Shown piece by piece: positions 8,919-18,664 of a DNA stretch of 44,647 nt (its first letter is position 1; every line of letters begins with the position of its first letter). Made by a program: the position numbers and the translations under genes. The stretch lies in the sequence record SRR20825006_1977; one strand, written 5' to 3'. The notes under the pieces were generated by a model, which had not been told where the DNA came from, ran no database searches, and worked only from the letters and a program-made list of their open reading frames with translations.

Positions 8919-9014
8919 TAAATCTAGCCTAAAATTAGGGATTATTTTATGCGTCGAAAGGAAATCGGAAAGAATAAGTTGCGGTCAAGAAAAATACCCT
9001 TAATTTAGTAGCTT

Positions 9015-9758
9015 GTGATAGGAGCGTTAAAAAATATTGGGAAATACATGATGATGCTTTGGGTGGTGTTTTCACGACCTGAAAAATGGAAAGTATTCCG
9101 ACAACGACTGTTCCACGAAATTCACTTTATTGGAATTAACTCAATTCCGATTGTTGCACTTATGTCAACTTTCATGGGGGGAGTTATTGCTCTGCAAACA
9201 GCTTCCAACATGGATTCACCATTTTTACCGGAGTACACGATTGGATATATAACTCGATCAAGTACCATTTTGGAGTTCTCACCAACGATCATTTCACTGA
9301 TCTTAGCTGGAAAAGTGGGTTCAAATGTGGCCTCGGAAATTGGAACAATGAAAACTACTGAGCAAATTGATGCTCTAGAAATAATGGGAGTGAACAGTTT
9401 GACCTTCCTAGTGCTTCCCAAAATTATGGGGGCAGTTTTGTTTTTTCCTGTGCTCATCGTTTTTTCAATGGCATTGAGTTTAGTTGGAGGATGGCTTTCT
9501 CTAACGCTTTCTGGTCTTGCTTCTACCGAAACATACATAGTGGGTATTCGTTCGTTTTTTGAAATAGGAAACATCGTTTACGCACTTGTAAAAACAGTTG
9601 TGTTTGCATTTTTGATCGTTTCGATTTCTTCATTTTACGGATATTATACCAAAGGTGGAGCGCTTGATGTTGGAAAATCTGCGACACGAGCTGTGGTAAG
9701 TGCAAGTATTGGGATTTTGATCGCAAACTTCTTATTAACTCAAATGCTTCTATTATGA
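9015..9758 (+). CDS. mlaE: MlaE-family ABC transporter permease
   Basis: GKVGSNVASEIGTMKTTEQIDALEIMGVN, GGALDVGKSATRAVV; GTG start. Confidence 0.92.
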   Translation: MIGALKNIGKYMMMLWVVFSRPEKWKVFRQRLFHEIHFIGINSIPIVALMSTFMGGVIALQTASNMDSPFLPEYTIGYITRSSTILEFSPTIISLILAGKVGSNVASEIGTMKTTEQIDALEIMGVNSLTFLVLPKIMGAVLFFPVLIVFSMALSLVGGWLSLTLSGLASTETYIVGIRSFFEIGNIVYALVKTVVFAFLIVSISSFYGYYTKGGALDVGKSATRAVVSASIGILIANFLLTQMLLL

Positions 9759-10522
9759 TTGAGGTGATTAATGTAAATAAGTCGTTCGGAGATATTCAAG
9801 TACTTCACGATATCAATGTGCAGTTTGAAAAAGGGAAAGTAAACCTGATAATCGGACAGTCTGGACAAGGAAAATCGGTACTCACAAAATGCATCGTTGG
9901 ATTGCATCAGCCTGATACTGGAGTGATAATGTATGACGGACGTGATTTTACTGCGATGGATCGAAATGAGAAAAGATCAATTCGACAAGAAATTGGGATG
10001 TTATTCCAAGGATCGGCTCTTTTCGACTCGATGACGGTAGAAGAGAACATTATGTTCCCGCTTACGATGTTCACCAAGATGACGAAAAAGGAGAAACTTG
10101 ATCGTGCGAACTTTTGTTTGGAACGCGTAAATCTATCTGGAAAGAACAAGCTTTTACCTGCAGAATGCTCAGGCGGAATGCAAAAGAGGATTGCAATTGC
10201 GAGAGCCATCTCGATGAATCCAAAATACTTGTTTTGTGATGAACCGAATTCTGGATTAGATCCAAAAACGGCTATTGTGATCGATAATTTGATCCGAGAG
10301 ATTACGTATGAATACGACATGACGACGGTTGTAATCACACACGATATGAACTCAGTAATCGAAATTGGAGATACCGTTTTGTTTATTCACGAAGGAAAAA
10401 ACTGGTGGCAAGGTGATCGTGAATCAATTATCACAACAGATGATGAAGAAGTGGTTAGCTTCGTTTACGCATCTGATTTTATGAAGGAAATTCGTTCTTC
10501 CATGCAAGAAAAACGGAAGTAA
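9755..10522 (+). CDS. mlaF: MlaF/Mkl-family ABC transporter ATP-binding protein
   Basis: Walker A GQSGQGKS, LFQGSALFDSMTV, signature CSGGMQKR, Walker B LFCDEPNSGLDP; ATGA overlap with mlaE. Confidence 0.92.
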   Translation: MIEVINVNKSFGDIQVLHDINVQFEKGKVNLIIGQSGQGKSVLTKCIVGLHQPDTGVIMYDGRDFTAMDRNEKRSIRQEIGMLFQGSALFDSMTVEENIMFPLTMFTKMTKKEKLDRANFCLERVNLSGKNKLLPAECSGGMQKRIAIARAISMNPKYLFCDEPNSGLDPKTAIVIDNLIREITYEYDMTTVVITHDMNSVIEIGDTVLFIHEGKNWWQGDRESIITTDDEEVVSFVYASDFMKEIRSSMQEKRK

Positions 10523-10527
10523 GATAT

Positions 10528-11844
10528 TTACTCCGAACGATCAATCAATCTATTGTCAATATTCTTCGAAGGATTTACGCCAAGTTCTTTCAATCGTTCT
10601 GTTTTTCGAACTAAATTATCTTTTCCTTCGGATAGCTTTTTCATTGATTCTTTGTAGGTAACATTGGCCGTGTCTAGTTGATTTCCCAACTTTACCAAGT
10701 CACCTGAAAAACTTACGAACTTATCATATAAACTGGCAGCTTGTCGTGCAATTTCTTCGGCATTTTTATTCTGTAAATCTTGTTTCCAGATGTACGAAAT
10801 CGTTCTGAGCGTTGCCAATAGAGTGGAAGTAGAGACCAACACAATGTTTTTTTCCAACGCTTTTTCAAATAGTGCCTGATCTTCGCGCAATGCTAGTGTC
10901 AATGCTGGCTCATTCGCAACAAACATTAAAACGTAATCGGGCGAATTTATTCCATGAAGTTTCTGATAATCTTTGCTTCCAAGCAATTTGATATGTGCAT
11001 TTACACTCGTGAGATGATTAATTAAGTATCGGTCTTTTTCATGCTGATCGTCTGTGCCGTAAAAGTTGCTGTATGCTGTTAGCGAAACTTTCGAATCGAG
11101 AATAAGCTTTTTTCCGTCAGGTAGATTAATGATATAATCTAGGCGTTGATTAGCACCATCTTCTGTTTTTAGATTGGTTTCCTTCGAGTAATGAACGTCT
11201 TTTTGAAGTCCCGCTTTTTCTAGTATGGTTTCCAGGTGCATTTCTCCCCAGTTTCCTTGGGTTTTGGAATCTCCGCGAAGTGCCTGTGTTAAACTTTTCG
11301 TCTCTTGGGTGATTTCTTGATTTAACGAATGCAACATTTTTAGATGCTGATCCAAATGTGCTGAACGTTCAATATGCTTCTCGTTCGAGTCTTCTACTTT
11401 CTTCTGAAACTCAGAAATCCGTTCTTTCAAAGGATTCAAAATCTCATCAATGTTCTTCTTGTTTTGATCTGTAAACCGGGTGCTCTTCTCTTCCAGAATT
11501 TTGTTGGCAACCAATTCAAACTCTTTAGTGAATTTTGTTTGAAGGGATTCTAATTCTTCTTTCTGAGTAAGCATTTTTTCTTCGAGAGATTCGAATTTAC
11601 TTCTCCATTCCGTAGCAGCTCGAAGCTCAGTCTGATGTTTCTCTCTGGAGACTTCAACTTCTGTTTTTAGCGAAGAAATGTCTTCACTCAATCGCTGATT
11701 TACACTCGCTAGTGTTGCTTTTTCAATAGAAATTTGTGCGTGTTCTTCTTGAAGAGAATTATCTCCTTTTCCTTGCAGTTTCGCGATTAAATAACCCAAA
11801 AATGCCCCAATAATGAGTCCGATAATTAAAAGGATGTAGTCCAT
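10528..11844 (-). CDS. rmuC: DNA recombination protein RmuC
   Basis: N-terminal TM, coiled coil, KTQGNWGE, LILDSKVSL, DYVLMFVANE, LVSTSTLLATLRTI, LYDKF. Confidence 0.95.
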   Translation of the reverse strand: MDYILLIIGLIIGAFLGYLIAKLQGKGDNSLQEEHAQISIEKATLASVNQRLSEDISSLKTEVEVSREKHQTELRAATEWRSKFESLEEKMLTQKEELESLQTKFTKEFELVANKILEEKSTRFTDQNKKNIDEILNPLKERISEFQKKVEDSNEKHIERSAHLDQHLKMLHSLNQEITQETKSLTQALRGDSKTQGNWGEMHLETILEKAGLQKDVHYSKETNLKTEDGANQRLDYIINLPDGKKLILDSKVSLTAYSNFYGTDDQHEKDRYLINHLTSVNAHIKLLGSKDYQKLHGINSPDYVLMFVANEPALTLALREDQALFEKALEKNIVLVSTSTLLATLRTISYIWKQDLQNKNAEEIARQAASLYDKFVSFSGDLVKLGNQLDTANVTYKESMKKLSEGKDNLVRKTERLKELGVNPSKNIDNRLIDRSE

Positions 11845-11847
11845 GAA

Positions 11848-13542
11848 CTAAAAGTAAGCAATATATCCAAAATGGACCTTGCTATTGCTTATCAGAACGG
11901 GATTGTCGAATTGTTTTCCGAGTGCATAAGAGATCGAGAACACGCCTAAGTTAGTGCTGAAGGAAAATCCTGCGCCCATCCCAAAAGGAAAATCATTGTA
12001 GTACGCCGCAGAATTGTTTTCATACCATGTTTGATCGAAAAACGCGAATACATGCGAGTTTCTATCGAGTAAAAAGCGATACTCCAAAGTTCCTGTTGCT
12101 CGTGAAGTTGAGAACAACTCATCCTCATTAAATCCGCGTTGAGAACTTAGACCACCAAAGCGATATAACTCGTTCTCAAATACATTGTCGGCAACGTAAA
12201 ATTCGGATTGAAGCCCCAATCTAAGCACGTGCCGTCGGGCGACTGGAATGAAATAACTAAAGTCTAAACTGGAGCGATAAATCAACGATTTTGTAACTTG
12301 TGATGTATCCGATAATTTGACATTTCGACTTCCTGCGCTTCCAGAGAAAAAGATAGTTGTTCCTTTTGATGGATTTTGTATGTAATCCAACTGCTGACGG
12401 GAATAGGCAAGTCCGTAGCTATTCGACGAGGTACTCCCAAGCTTTGAAAATTGTGGATTGTTTTTTCCACCTGAAAGCACACTTGAACTAATCCGTTGAT
12501 AAAATGCTTTTAGGTAACTTCCTTTATTTAAAAAGTATTGCACACCCGCTGTACTACTCAATTCGAGAAAGGAAGTATCTCTCTTGTACAAATTAAAGTT
12601 CCCGTCTATGCCGAAAGGTGTTTTAAACAGAAAAGGATAATTAATGCGGGATTTGAGGGATTGAGTTTGATCTCTAATACTCTGCCATTTAACGTCCAAT
12701 AACTCGCCTCTGTTCAGTACATTGAGTAATTTGAGGTGAACTTCTCCTGTAAATGCTACCTTCTGTGTGGTAGGATTTGGTTGAAACCCAATTATTCCGT
12801 TGACAGAACTAATAGGAACGCTTCGAATATAAATGAACAATTCAGCTCCATCTGGGGTGAAAAGAATTTCGTGAGGTTTAACTTCTTCAAGAAACGCGAT
12901 TTGATTAATTCGCTGGGTTATTTTTCTCAGACTTGCTTCGTTGTAGACGTCTTTCGCATGAATTTGAATGATGTTTGAAACAAAAACGGAAGAAATGGAG
13001 GAGTCGCCTCGAACATTGATTTCTTTCCATATAAAGAGGGGGCCACGAACTATTGTCAGTTGTGCACTCAATTGAGAACCGTTAATGGAAATTTTATCGA
13101 GTGAAATTTGGGCAAATGGATATCCATTGTTTACGTATACATTGAATATTCTTTCTAAATCGCGCGCGAGCTCTGAGGGAGAAATGGGGAGATGTGCAAT
13201 TGTTTTTTCATTCAATGTTGAGTATCGTGTAATGAAATCGAGCTCAACAGGATCAATTTCAATCTCGGCGTCCGAAAACTTTGGGCCGACATTTATCGTG
13301 GCGGTGGAACTATTTTTTGTGAATTCGATGGAATCAATCGACATGAGAAGAAATCCATCTTGAATAGCCGTATTTCTGAACTGTTGCAAATATTTTGCGG
13401 CTGTAATACTATCCTTGAAAGATGTCTTCGGATGTTTAATAAACTCACGACAATCATCTCCTTTGAGGATTAACTCATAGTTCGTTTGTCCATGAGCAAG
13501 TTGGCAAAAGAGAATAAAAAAAAGAGAATATAATTGGCGCAT
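11848..13542 (-). CDS. Omp85 (BamA/TamA-like) outer-membrane protein with POTRA region
   Basis: Signal peptide, POTRA-like YVNNGYPFAQI, barrel motif ELYRFGGLSSQRGFNE, C-terminal KVHFGYIAYF; start moved from TTG 13563 to ATG 13542. Confidence 0.85.
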   Translation of the reverse strand: MRQLYSLFFILFCQLAHGQTNYELILKGDDCREFIKHPKTSFKDSITAAKYLQQFRNTAIQDGFLLMSIDSIEFTKNSSTATINVGPKFSDAEIEIDPVELDFITRYSTLNEKTIAHLPISPSELARDLERIFNVYVNNGYPFAQISLDKISINGSQLSAQLTIVRGPLFIWKEINVRGDSSISSVFVSNIIQIHAKDVYNEASLRKITQRINQIAFLEEVKPHEILFTPDGAELFIYIRSVPISSVNGIIGFQPNPTTQKVAFTGEVHLKLLNVLNRGELLDVKWQSIRDQTQSLKSRINYPFLFKTPFGIDGNFNLYKRDTSFLELSSTAGVQYFLNKGSYLKAFYQRISSSVLSGGKNNPQFSKLGSTSSNSYGLAYSRQQLDYIQNPSKGTTIFFSGSAGSRNVKLSDTSQVTKSLIYRSSLDFSYFIPVARRHVLRLGLQSEFYVADNVFENELYRFGGLSSQRGFNEDELFSTSRATGTLEYRFLLDRNSHVFAFFDQTWYENNSAAYYNDFPFGMGAGFSFSTNLGVFSISYALGKQFDNPVLISNSKVHFGYIAYF

Positions 13543-13633
13543 CAATGGGATTAACGAAGACAAATTAAGGTTATTTCATGTTATCTCACTCTTATTGTGG
13601 ATAATATTTTTTCGAGAATTATGCAATTTATTG

Positions 13634-13641
13634 TAGCTTTG
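13634..13641 (+). promoter_or_regulatory. Bacteroidota -7 box for the small lipoprotein gene
   Basis: TAGCTTTG matches TAnnTTTG. Confidence 0.55.
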
Positions 13642-13702
13642 TCGTTATCTTAGAGACACAACAACGGAAATTAAACCTAGTATTAAATTAAATCAGAGAA
13701 CT

Positions 13703-13831
13703 ATGAAACGTATTTTGGCCTTGACACTAATGGGATTGATGTTCACAGTAGTCCTTGCGTCTTGCGGGTCTTCACAAGGTGGACACTGCGATGCATACGG
13801 AAGTGCAACTACTGTAGACGTTAGCGAATAA
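13703..13831 (+). CDS. Small lipoprotein, 42 aa (absent from ORF track)
   Basis: MKRILALTLMGLMFTVVLAS-CGSSQGGHCDAYGSATTVDVSE; lipobox LASC; has its own -7 box and terminator. Confidence 0.85.
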   Translation: MKRILALTLMGLMFTVVLASCGSSQGGHCDAYGSATTVDVSE

Positions 13832-13856
13832 GCTCACTGTCTAACACCATGAAATC

Positions 13857-13884
13857 AAGGTCATTCGATAGAATGGCCTTTTTT
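13857..13884 (+). terminator. Intrinsic terminator of the small lipoprotein gene
   Basis: AAGGTCATTC-GATA-GAATGGCCTT then TTTT. Confidence 0.8.
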
Positions 13885-13922
13885 ATGCTCAATACTTTTG
13901 AACAATTGTGAAAATTATAAAT

Positions 13923-13952
13923 AAAAAAACCGCCTCGAATTTCAAGACGGTT
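13923..13952 (-). terminator. Intrinsic terminator for minus-strand genes
   Basis: Minus strand AACCGTCTTGA-AAT-TCGAGGCGGTT followed by a T run. Confidence 0.75.
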
Positions 13953-13972
13953 CATAAATAAATGTTGTTCGA

Positions 13973-14467
13973 TTAAATTTTTTCTCTCTTTACAATGTAC
14001 TCAACTGAGTAAGATGTTGGAAAAGTAGGAATAAGAACATAATTTTCAATCGTTCTTGTTTCATTGCATTTTTGACTAGTACATTCGTAAACGTTGATTG
14101 AATACCTCACCAAAGAAAGTGAATCAATGATTTCTACTGAGCGCTCAAAGGAAGCGTCACAAGTAACGTTCATCGGGTAAGCGATAATGTTATACAAAGA
14201 ATAATTTACATTCGTTTTTTCTGATGTAATTGAATAACGTACTTGGAAAGCATCTGCATAAGGAGAATTACCATCAATAACATAATCACCATCCAAAGAA
14301 GCAGTAATACCTCCCGAGTTTGGATAAATAATTACGTCTTGAATGATTTCACCGCTGTCGACATTGTCGGGAAAATTACATGCTTTTTTACAAGATGTAA
14401 AGGTGACAAATAAGATAAGTGCGCTGAATATAGAGATGAACGCCACTGTCTTTTTTCTTGTCTTCAT
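13973..14467 (-). CDS. Hypothetical lipoprotein
   Basis: MKTRKKTVAFISIFSALILFVTFTS-CKK; TACATTTG box at 14496-14503 (minus) supports the ATG 14467 start. Confidence 0.8.
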   Translation of the reverse strand: MKTRKKTVAFISIFSALILFVTFTSCKKACNFPDNVDSGEIIQDVIIYPNSGGITASLDGDYVIDGNSPYADAFQVRYSITSEKTNVNYSLYNIIAYPMNVTCDASFERSVEIIDSLSLVRYSINVYECTSQKCNETRTIENYVLIPTFPTSYSVEYIVKREKI

Positions 14468-14526
14468 AGTTAAGTGTTTAAATAGTAATGTGTAACAAAT
14501 GTATTCTTTTTTCTTTTGAAATCCCA

Positions 14527-15255
14527 CTAGTTCTTTCTAAGAACAAAATTTTGCCCTAAATAAACCCGTCTCACATGCTCATCTGCGGCTAATTCTTCTG
14601 CCGTTCCAGACTTTAGTATTTTGCCTTCAAAAAGCAAATAAGCTCTGTCGGTTATAGAGAGTGTTTCTTGCACATTGTGATCAGTGATCAGAATTCCAAT
14701 ATTTCGATTTTTTAGCTCGGAGACAATACTTTGAATATCTTCAACCGCAATTGGGTCAACTCCTGCAAATGGTTCGTCGAGTAGAACAAACTTTGGATCA
14801 GTTGCTAAGGCTCGCGCTATTTCAGTTCTTCGTTTTTCTCCTCCAGACAAACGGTTACCGAGTGTTTTTCGCACGTGGCCCAAACTGAATTCTGAAATCA
14901 ATCGCTCCAATTTTTCGTGGCGCTCGTCTTTTGTAAGATCGGTCATTTCTAAAATGGCCATAATATTGTCTTCAACGCTGAGTTTTCTGAAAACAGAAAC
15001 CTCTTGCGGTAAATATCCTATTCCAAGTTGAGAACGACGATACATCGGAAAACTAGTGATGTCTTTACCGTCTACATAAACTTTTCCGCTATCGGGCTTC
15101 ACAAGTCCTACAATCATATAAAAGGAAGTCGTTTTACCAGCACCGTTCGGACCGAGTAGTCCAACAATTTCTCCCTGATTCACTTCTACGGAGACACCTT
15201 TTACAACATCTCGTCCTTTGTATGACTTCTTTATTTCGTCAGTATATAATTTCAT
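14527..15255 (-). CDS. lptB: LPS export ABC transporter ATP-binding protein
   Basis: [72 protein letters not shown]. Confidence 0.97.
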   Translation of the reverse strand: MKLYTDEIKKSYKGRDVVKGVSVEVNQGEIVGLLGPNGAGKTTSFYMIVGLVKPDSGKVYVDGKDITSFPMYRRSQLGIGYLPQEVSVFRKLSVEDNIMAILEMTDLTKDERHEKLERLISEFSLGHVRKTLGNRLSGGEKRRTEIARALATDPKFVLLDEPFAGVDPIAVEDIQSIVSELKNRNIGILITDHNVQETLSITDRAYLLFEGKILKSGTAEELAADEHVRRVYLGQNFVLRKN

Positions 15256-15264
15256 TTCTTCCTC

Positions 15265-17739
15265 TTAGAAGTTAATTGAATAGCGCGCTCGAACACCAAA
15301 GTTACTAAGATCCGTCACTGGTAAGTTAGGATCTGTATGTGTTAATCTCCAAAAAACATCTACTCTAAAGAGTTTTGCAATATTTTCGATTCCTGCACCT
15401 ACTTCTACATAAGGGATGTTGCCGAATGATTTGGTAAATGAGGGTAAAAGCATTTCTTGCTGATGCCTTTTGTCAATTGACCCGAATGCAGCGCGTCCTG
15501 TTGTTACCAAACGGAGTTTAAGCTTGCGCACACCAGGAATTCGATCAAAAAATAAACCGTCCCAATGGTTTTCTACTAGACCAGTAACGTATTGATCCGA
15601 AATAAATTCGAAAAAGTTCATTTTATTAAATGCATTGGTATAAAGCCAATAGGATTGATTTCCTTCATGCACCTTTAAGAATGGATATGCGGCGGTACCA
15701 AACATGTAACCTGCATTTACACCGTAACGGATTCTTCCAAGAAAACCGATGCGAGTAGTGTGTTCAATAAAAAGATCAATTTTTTGGTAATTGTATTCAC
15801 TTCCTAGAAGTCCTTTTACACCAAAAATTCCTTGGATAGCAAACACGGGATAACGCGATCTAACCGAAGTTCTATCGAAAGATCCAGAAATGAATTCCTC
15901 ATTTTTAGCCCATCGGTATCTCAACGTAATTTCACTAGTTCGAATGCTCGTTATAGTATCGTTGAGCCCAGTAAGAGAATTTGGACGAAGGTAATTTGCA
16001 ACTCCCAAAGGAACGTATTCTTTCCATTCAAATCCTCCGTAAAGAATAATGTCTTTTTTAATGTCCTTTTCGAGCGTAATTCCCATTTTCTCAACAAAGG
16101 TGAGCTTGTCTAGCGGACCAGTTCGAAGCAATGTTCCAAACGTTGAACCAACAGATGCAGCTGTTGAAGATTGTCCAATTTGTTCGATATCATAATTATA
16201 ATAGAGCGATAACATTCCTCGCTTTTTCGGAGTTAAGTTCGATCTAAAAGTCAAACCGTACTTAAATCGTTCATCTCCAAATCCATAAGCCAATCTTCCA
16301 CCAAGTTCAATTCTTCGGCTAAATTCATTTGATGTACGGATCGCAATTGCAGTGCGGAATTTTTCTACAGGGTTTACGCTTACGAGTGAAAATGCACTTC
16401 CAACTTCAATCTTTTTTAGAGGGTAGTAACCTGTTGTAGCCAAGTATAGAACTTTCTTCATTACCTTGAAAAAGCGAAGGTTCTCCAAAGAATCAACCAT
16501 CTCGTCAATTCCTAACTCTTTCTCTGTGAGAGGTTCATGCCTTACTTTAGCCCAATACTCATTGTTCCTATAGGCGGCGTCTTCTTGTATTTCCACAGTA
16601 TTATCGGAGCGATAGAAATCGGGTGATTTAGGTTTATTGATCACAAAATCTTTTCGACTTGAAGATCGCCTCCCGTAGAAACCATAAACATCGGTTTTCT
16701 TAGTGATTTTAAGATCGGCGAGCATGCGTTCTTCAGTAAGCATCCAAACTTCTGGTGCAACCATGTCAAATTTGTGCTCTAAGTATAAATCTTGTACGTA
16801 GTTAATATTCGCCCAAGGAGAAATGGACGCTTTGAATAACTTAACGGCGTAGGTAGTGTCGTGAATCCACATTTCTCCATTAAAGGTCATGTCTCCTTCG
16901 CGTTTTGGCTTGAAGGTTAATTTGTAACACCACTGATTATCAATGAATGTAGAGTCTTCTAAATAAAATTTGTAGAAGTTCCTCGCGAAATTTGAAACAG
17001 GACTAATAAAACTCTTATTGAAAAGATCAATAGTATTGTCGTAAATGTTCACGTCGAGATACATGTCTCCCAAGAACTGATTGACCTGAACATTTTCTAC
17101 ACCACTAATCCGAGTTGCTTTCACAACTTCCATCTTTTTCTTGGGGCTGTTCTTAAAATAAAAGTCAGAGACATTCTCACTCAGAATCATTGGAAGGAAG
17201 TTTTTTCCATTCTCCGCTGAATCGAGATAATTCATGACTAAATCAAGTCGTTGTACAATTCCTCTTTCTTTAAATTGGTCGCCAATGTTATTCAAGTCGA
17301 TTTGTACTTTATTGTACACTTCGTACTGGTACGATTCGAGCTTTTCTTTATCGTTAATTGGCTTATTTGCAATTACTTTCTTGTGAAGAATGGTAGAAGG
17401 AAATTCATCAGGCGGGCGAATTACAACCTCTTCGAATTCAGAAGTTGGGTATGTCATTACAACATTAATTACTTGTACAACGTCCTTTTCTACAAACTTA
17501 ACTTGTCGAACAAATCCGGGGGACGAGAATACGAGAGAATCTGTCGCATAATACGTCTCAAGCATAAAATTCCCAAGGGTATCTGTGAGCGTTCCGATTT
17601 TCGAATCTAGAAAGCGAACCGTAACGAATGCGAGTGGCACTCCAGATTCACCATCTGTAACAGTTCCTTCAACTTTCGTTTTCTGCGAAATTGCCACTGA
17701 AGAAAGGAAAATGAATAAAAGTAGGAGTTTAGTACGCAT
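15265..17739 (-). CDS. DUF5686-type outer-membrane protein with carboxypeptidase-like regulatory domain
   Basis: Signal peptide, GTVTDGESGVPLAFVTV, YQYEVYNKVQID, FISPVSN, GEMWIHDTTYAV, PYVEVGAGIENI, terminal aromatic YSINF. Confidence 0.85.
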   Translation of the reverse strand: MRTKLLLLFIFLSSVAISQKTKVEGTVTDGESGVPLAFVTVRFLDSKIGTLTDTLGNFMLETYYATDSLVFSSPGFVRQVKFVEKDVVQVINVVMTYPTSEFEEVVIRPPDEFPSTILHKKVIANKPINDKEKLESYQYEVYNKVQIDLNNIGDQFKERGIVQRLDLVMNYLDSAENGKNFLPMILSENVSDFYFKNSPKKKMEVVKATRISGVENVQVNQFLGDMYLDVNIYDNTIDLFNKSFISPVSNFARNFYKFYLEDSTFIDNQWCYKLTFKPKREGDMTFNGEMWIHDTTYAVKLFKASISPWANINYVQDLYLEHKFDMVAPEVWMLTEERMLADLKITKKTDVYGFYGRRSSSRKDFVINKPKSPDFYRSDNTVEIQEDAAYRNNEYWAKVRHEPLTEKELGIDEMVDSLENLRFFKVMKKVLYLATTGYYPLKKIEVGSAFSLVSVNPVEKFRTAIAIRTSNEFSRRIELGGRLAYGFGDERFKYGLTFRSNLTPKKRGMLSLYYNYDIEQIGQSSTAASVGSTFGTLLRTGPLDKLTFVEKMGITLEKDIKKDIILYGGFEWKEYVPLGVANYLRPNSLTGLNDTITSIRTSEITLRYRWAKNEEFISGSFDRTSVRSRYPVFAIQGIFGVKGLLGSEYNYQKIDLFIEHTTRIGFLGRIRYGVNAGYMFGTAAYPFLKVHEGNQSYWLYTNAFNKMNFFEFISDQYVTGLVENHWDGLFFDRIPGVRKLKLRLVTTGRAAFGSIDKRHQQEMLLPSFTKSFGNIPYVEVGAGIENIAKLFRVDVFWRLTHTDPNLPVTDLSNFGVRARYSINF

Positions 17740-17785
17740 TGAAGATTTGTATGGGTTCAAGATAGGCAAAATGTCGATATGTTGT

Positions 17786-18574
17786 TTAGGTGAGGTCTTG
17801 TTTTACCCTTTTTTCAACCCGTTTGACAATAAGAACTCCAATTTCGTATAAAAGCACAATCGGAATCCCGACAATTACTTGACTTATCAAGTCAGGCGGG
17901 GTGATTAGCGCACTTAGAATCAAAATTCCAACGATTGCATGTTTTCGGTATTTCTTTAAGAACGAGGAATTTACGATTCCCAATTTGGCGAAGATATAAG
18001 TTACCACAGGGAGAAGAAAAAGTAGTCCAGAGTAAAAGACTGTTGAAAGTACAGTACTCATATATGAATTGATCGTAAATATATTGTTAATGTCCTTGCT
18101 GATTTGAAAATTTCCAAAGAATTGAACACAAAGAGGAGCAACGATAAAATACCCAAATAAGATTCCAATAAAGAATAAGATACTGACATATAAGACGATT
18201 CCTTTTGCCACTCCTTTTTCATTCTGTTTCAGTCCAGGTTTAACAAACGACCAAATCTGATAAAAGATGAAGGGAAATGAAACAACCATTCCCCCCATTA
18301 TGCTCATCATAATTGCGTAAGAAAACTGCCCAGTGAGCGTAGTGCTTTGCATTTCAATGGGAATTGATTCAACGCATACACCCAAATAGTTACATAGAAT
18401 GCGAAAAGTTGGGAATTCGGGACTTCTCATGGAGAGAAATACGTTATCTAGAATCCATTCCATAAAAAACCAGATGGCTACGGCTACTACAACAATAGCA
18501 ATCGCGGAGCGAACCAATCTCCATCGTAGCTCTTCTAAATGATCCAAAAAGGACATGTTTCTCTCTTTTTCCAT
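17786..18574 (-). CDS. tatC: Twin-arginine translocase subunit TatC
   Basis: MSFLDHLEELRWRL, YQIWSFVKPGL, RKHAIV, ITPPDLISQ, LLYEIG; TATTTTTG box at 18584-18591 supports the ATG 18574 start. Confidence 0.97.
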   Translation of the reverse strand: MEKERNMSFLDHLEELRWRLVRSAIAIVVVAVAIWFFMEWILDNVFLSMRSPEFPTFRILCNYLGVCVESIPIEMQSTTLTGQFSYAIMMSIMGGMVVSFPFIFYQIWSFVKPGLKQNEKGVAKGIVLYVSILFFIGILFGYFIVAPLCVQFFGNFQISKDINNIFTINSYMSTVLSTVFYSGLLFLLPVVTYIFAKLGIVNSSFLKKYRKHAIVGILILSALITPPDLISQVIVGIPIVLLYEIGVLIVKRVEKRVKQDLT

Positions 18575-18664
18575 AATCGTACACAAAAATAGCAAACCTC
18601 GTCATTCATGATTCATAGATATTTCGTATTTTGTATAGATGAACAAATGTGAAGAAATAATTAA

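Noticed and set aside
9015-10522. mlaEF without mlaD/mlaC as an incomplete system
   Set aside because: To my knowledge a split mla arrangement is ordinary in Bacteroidota
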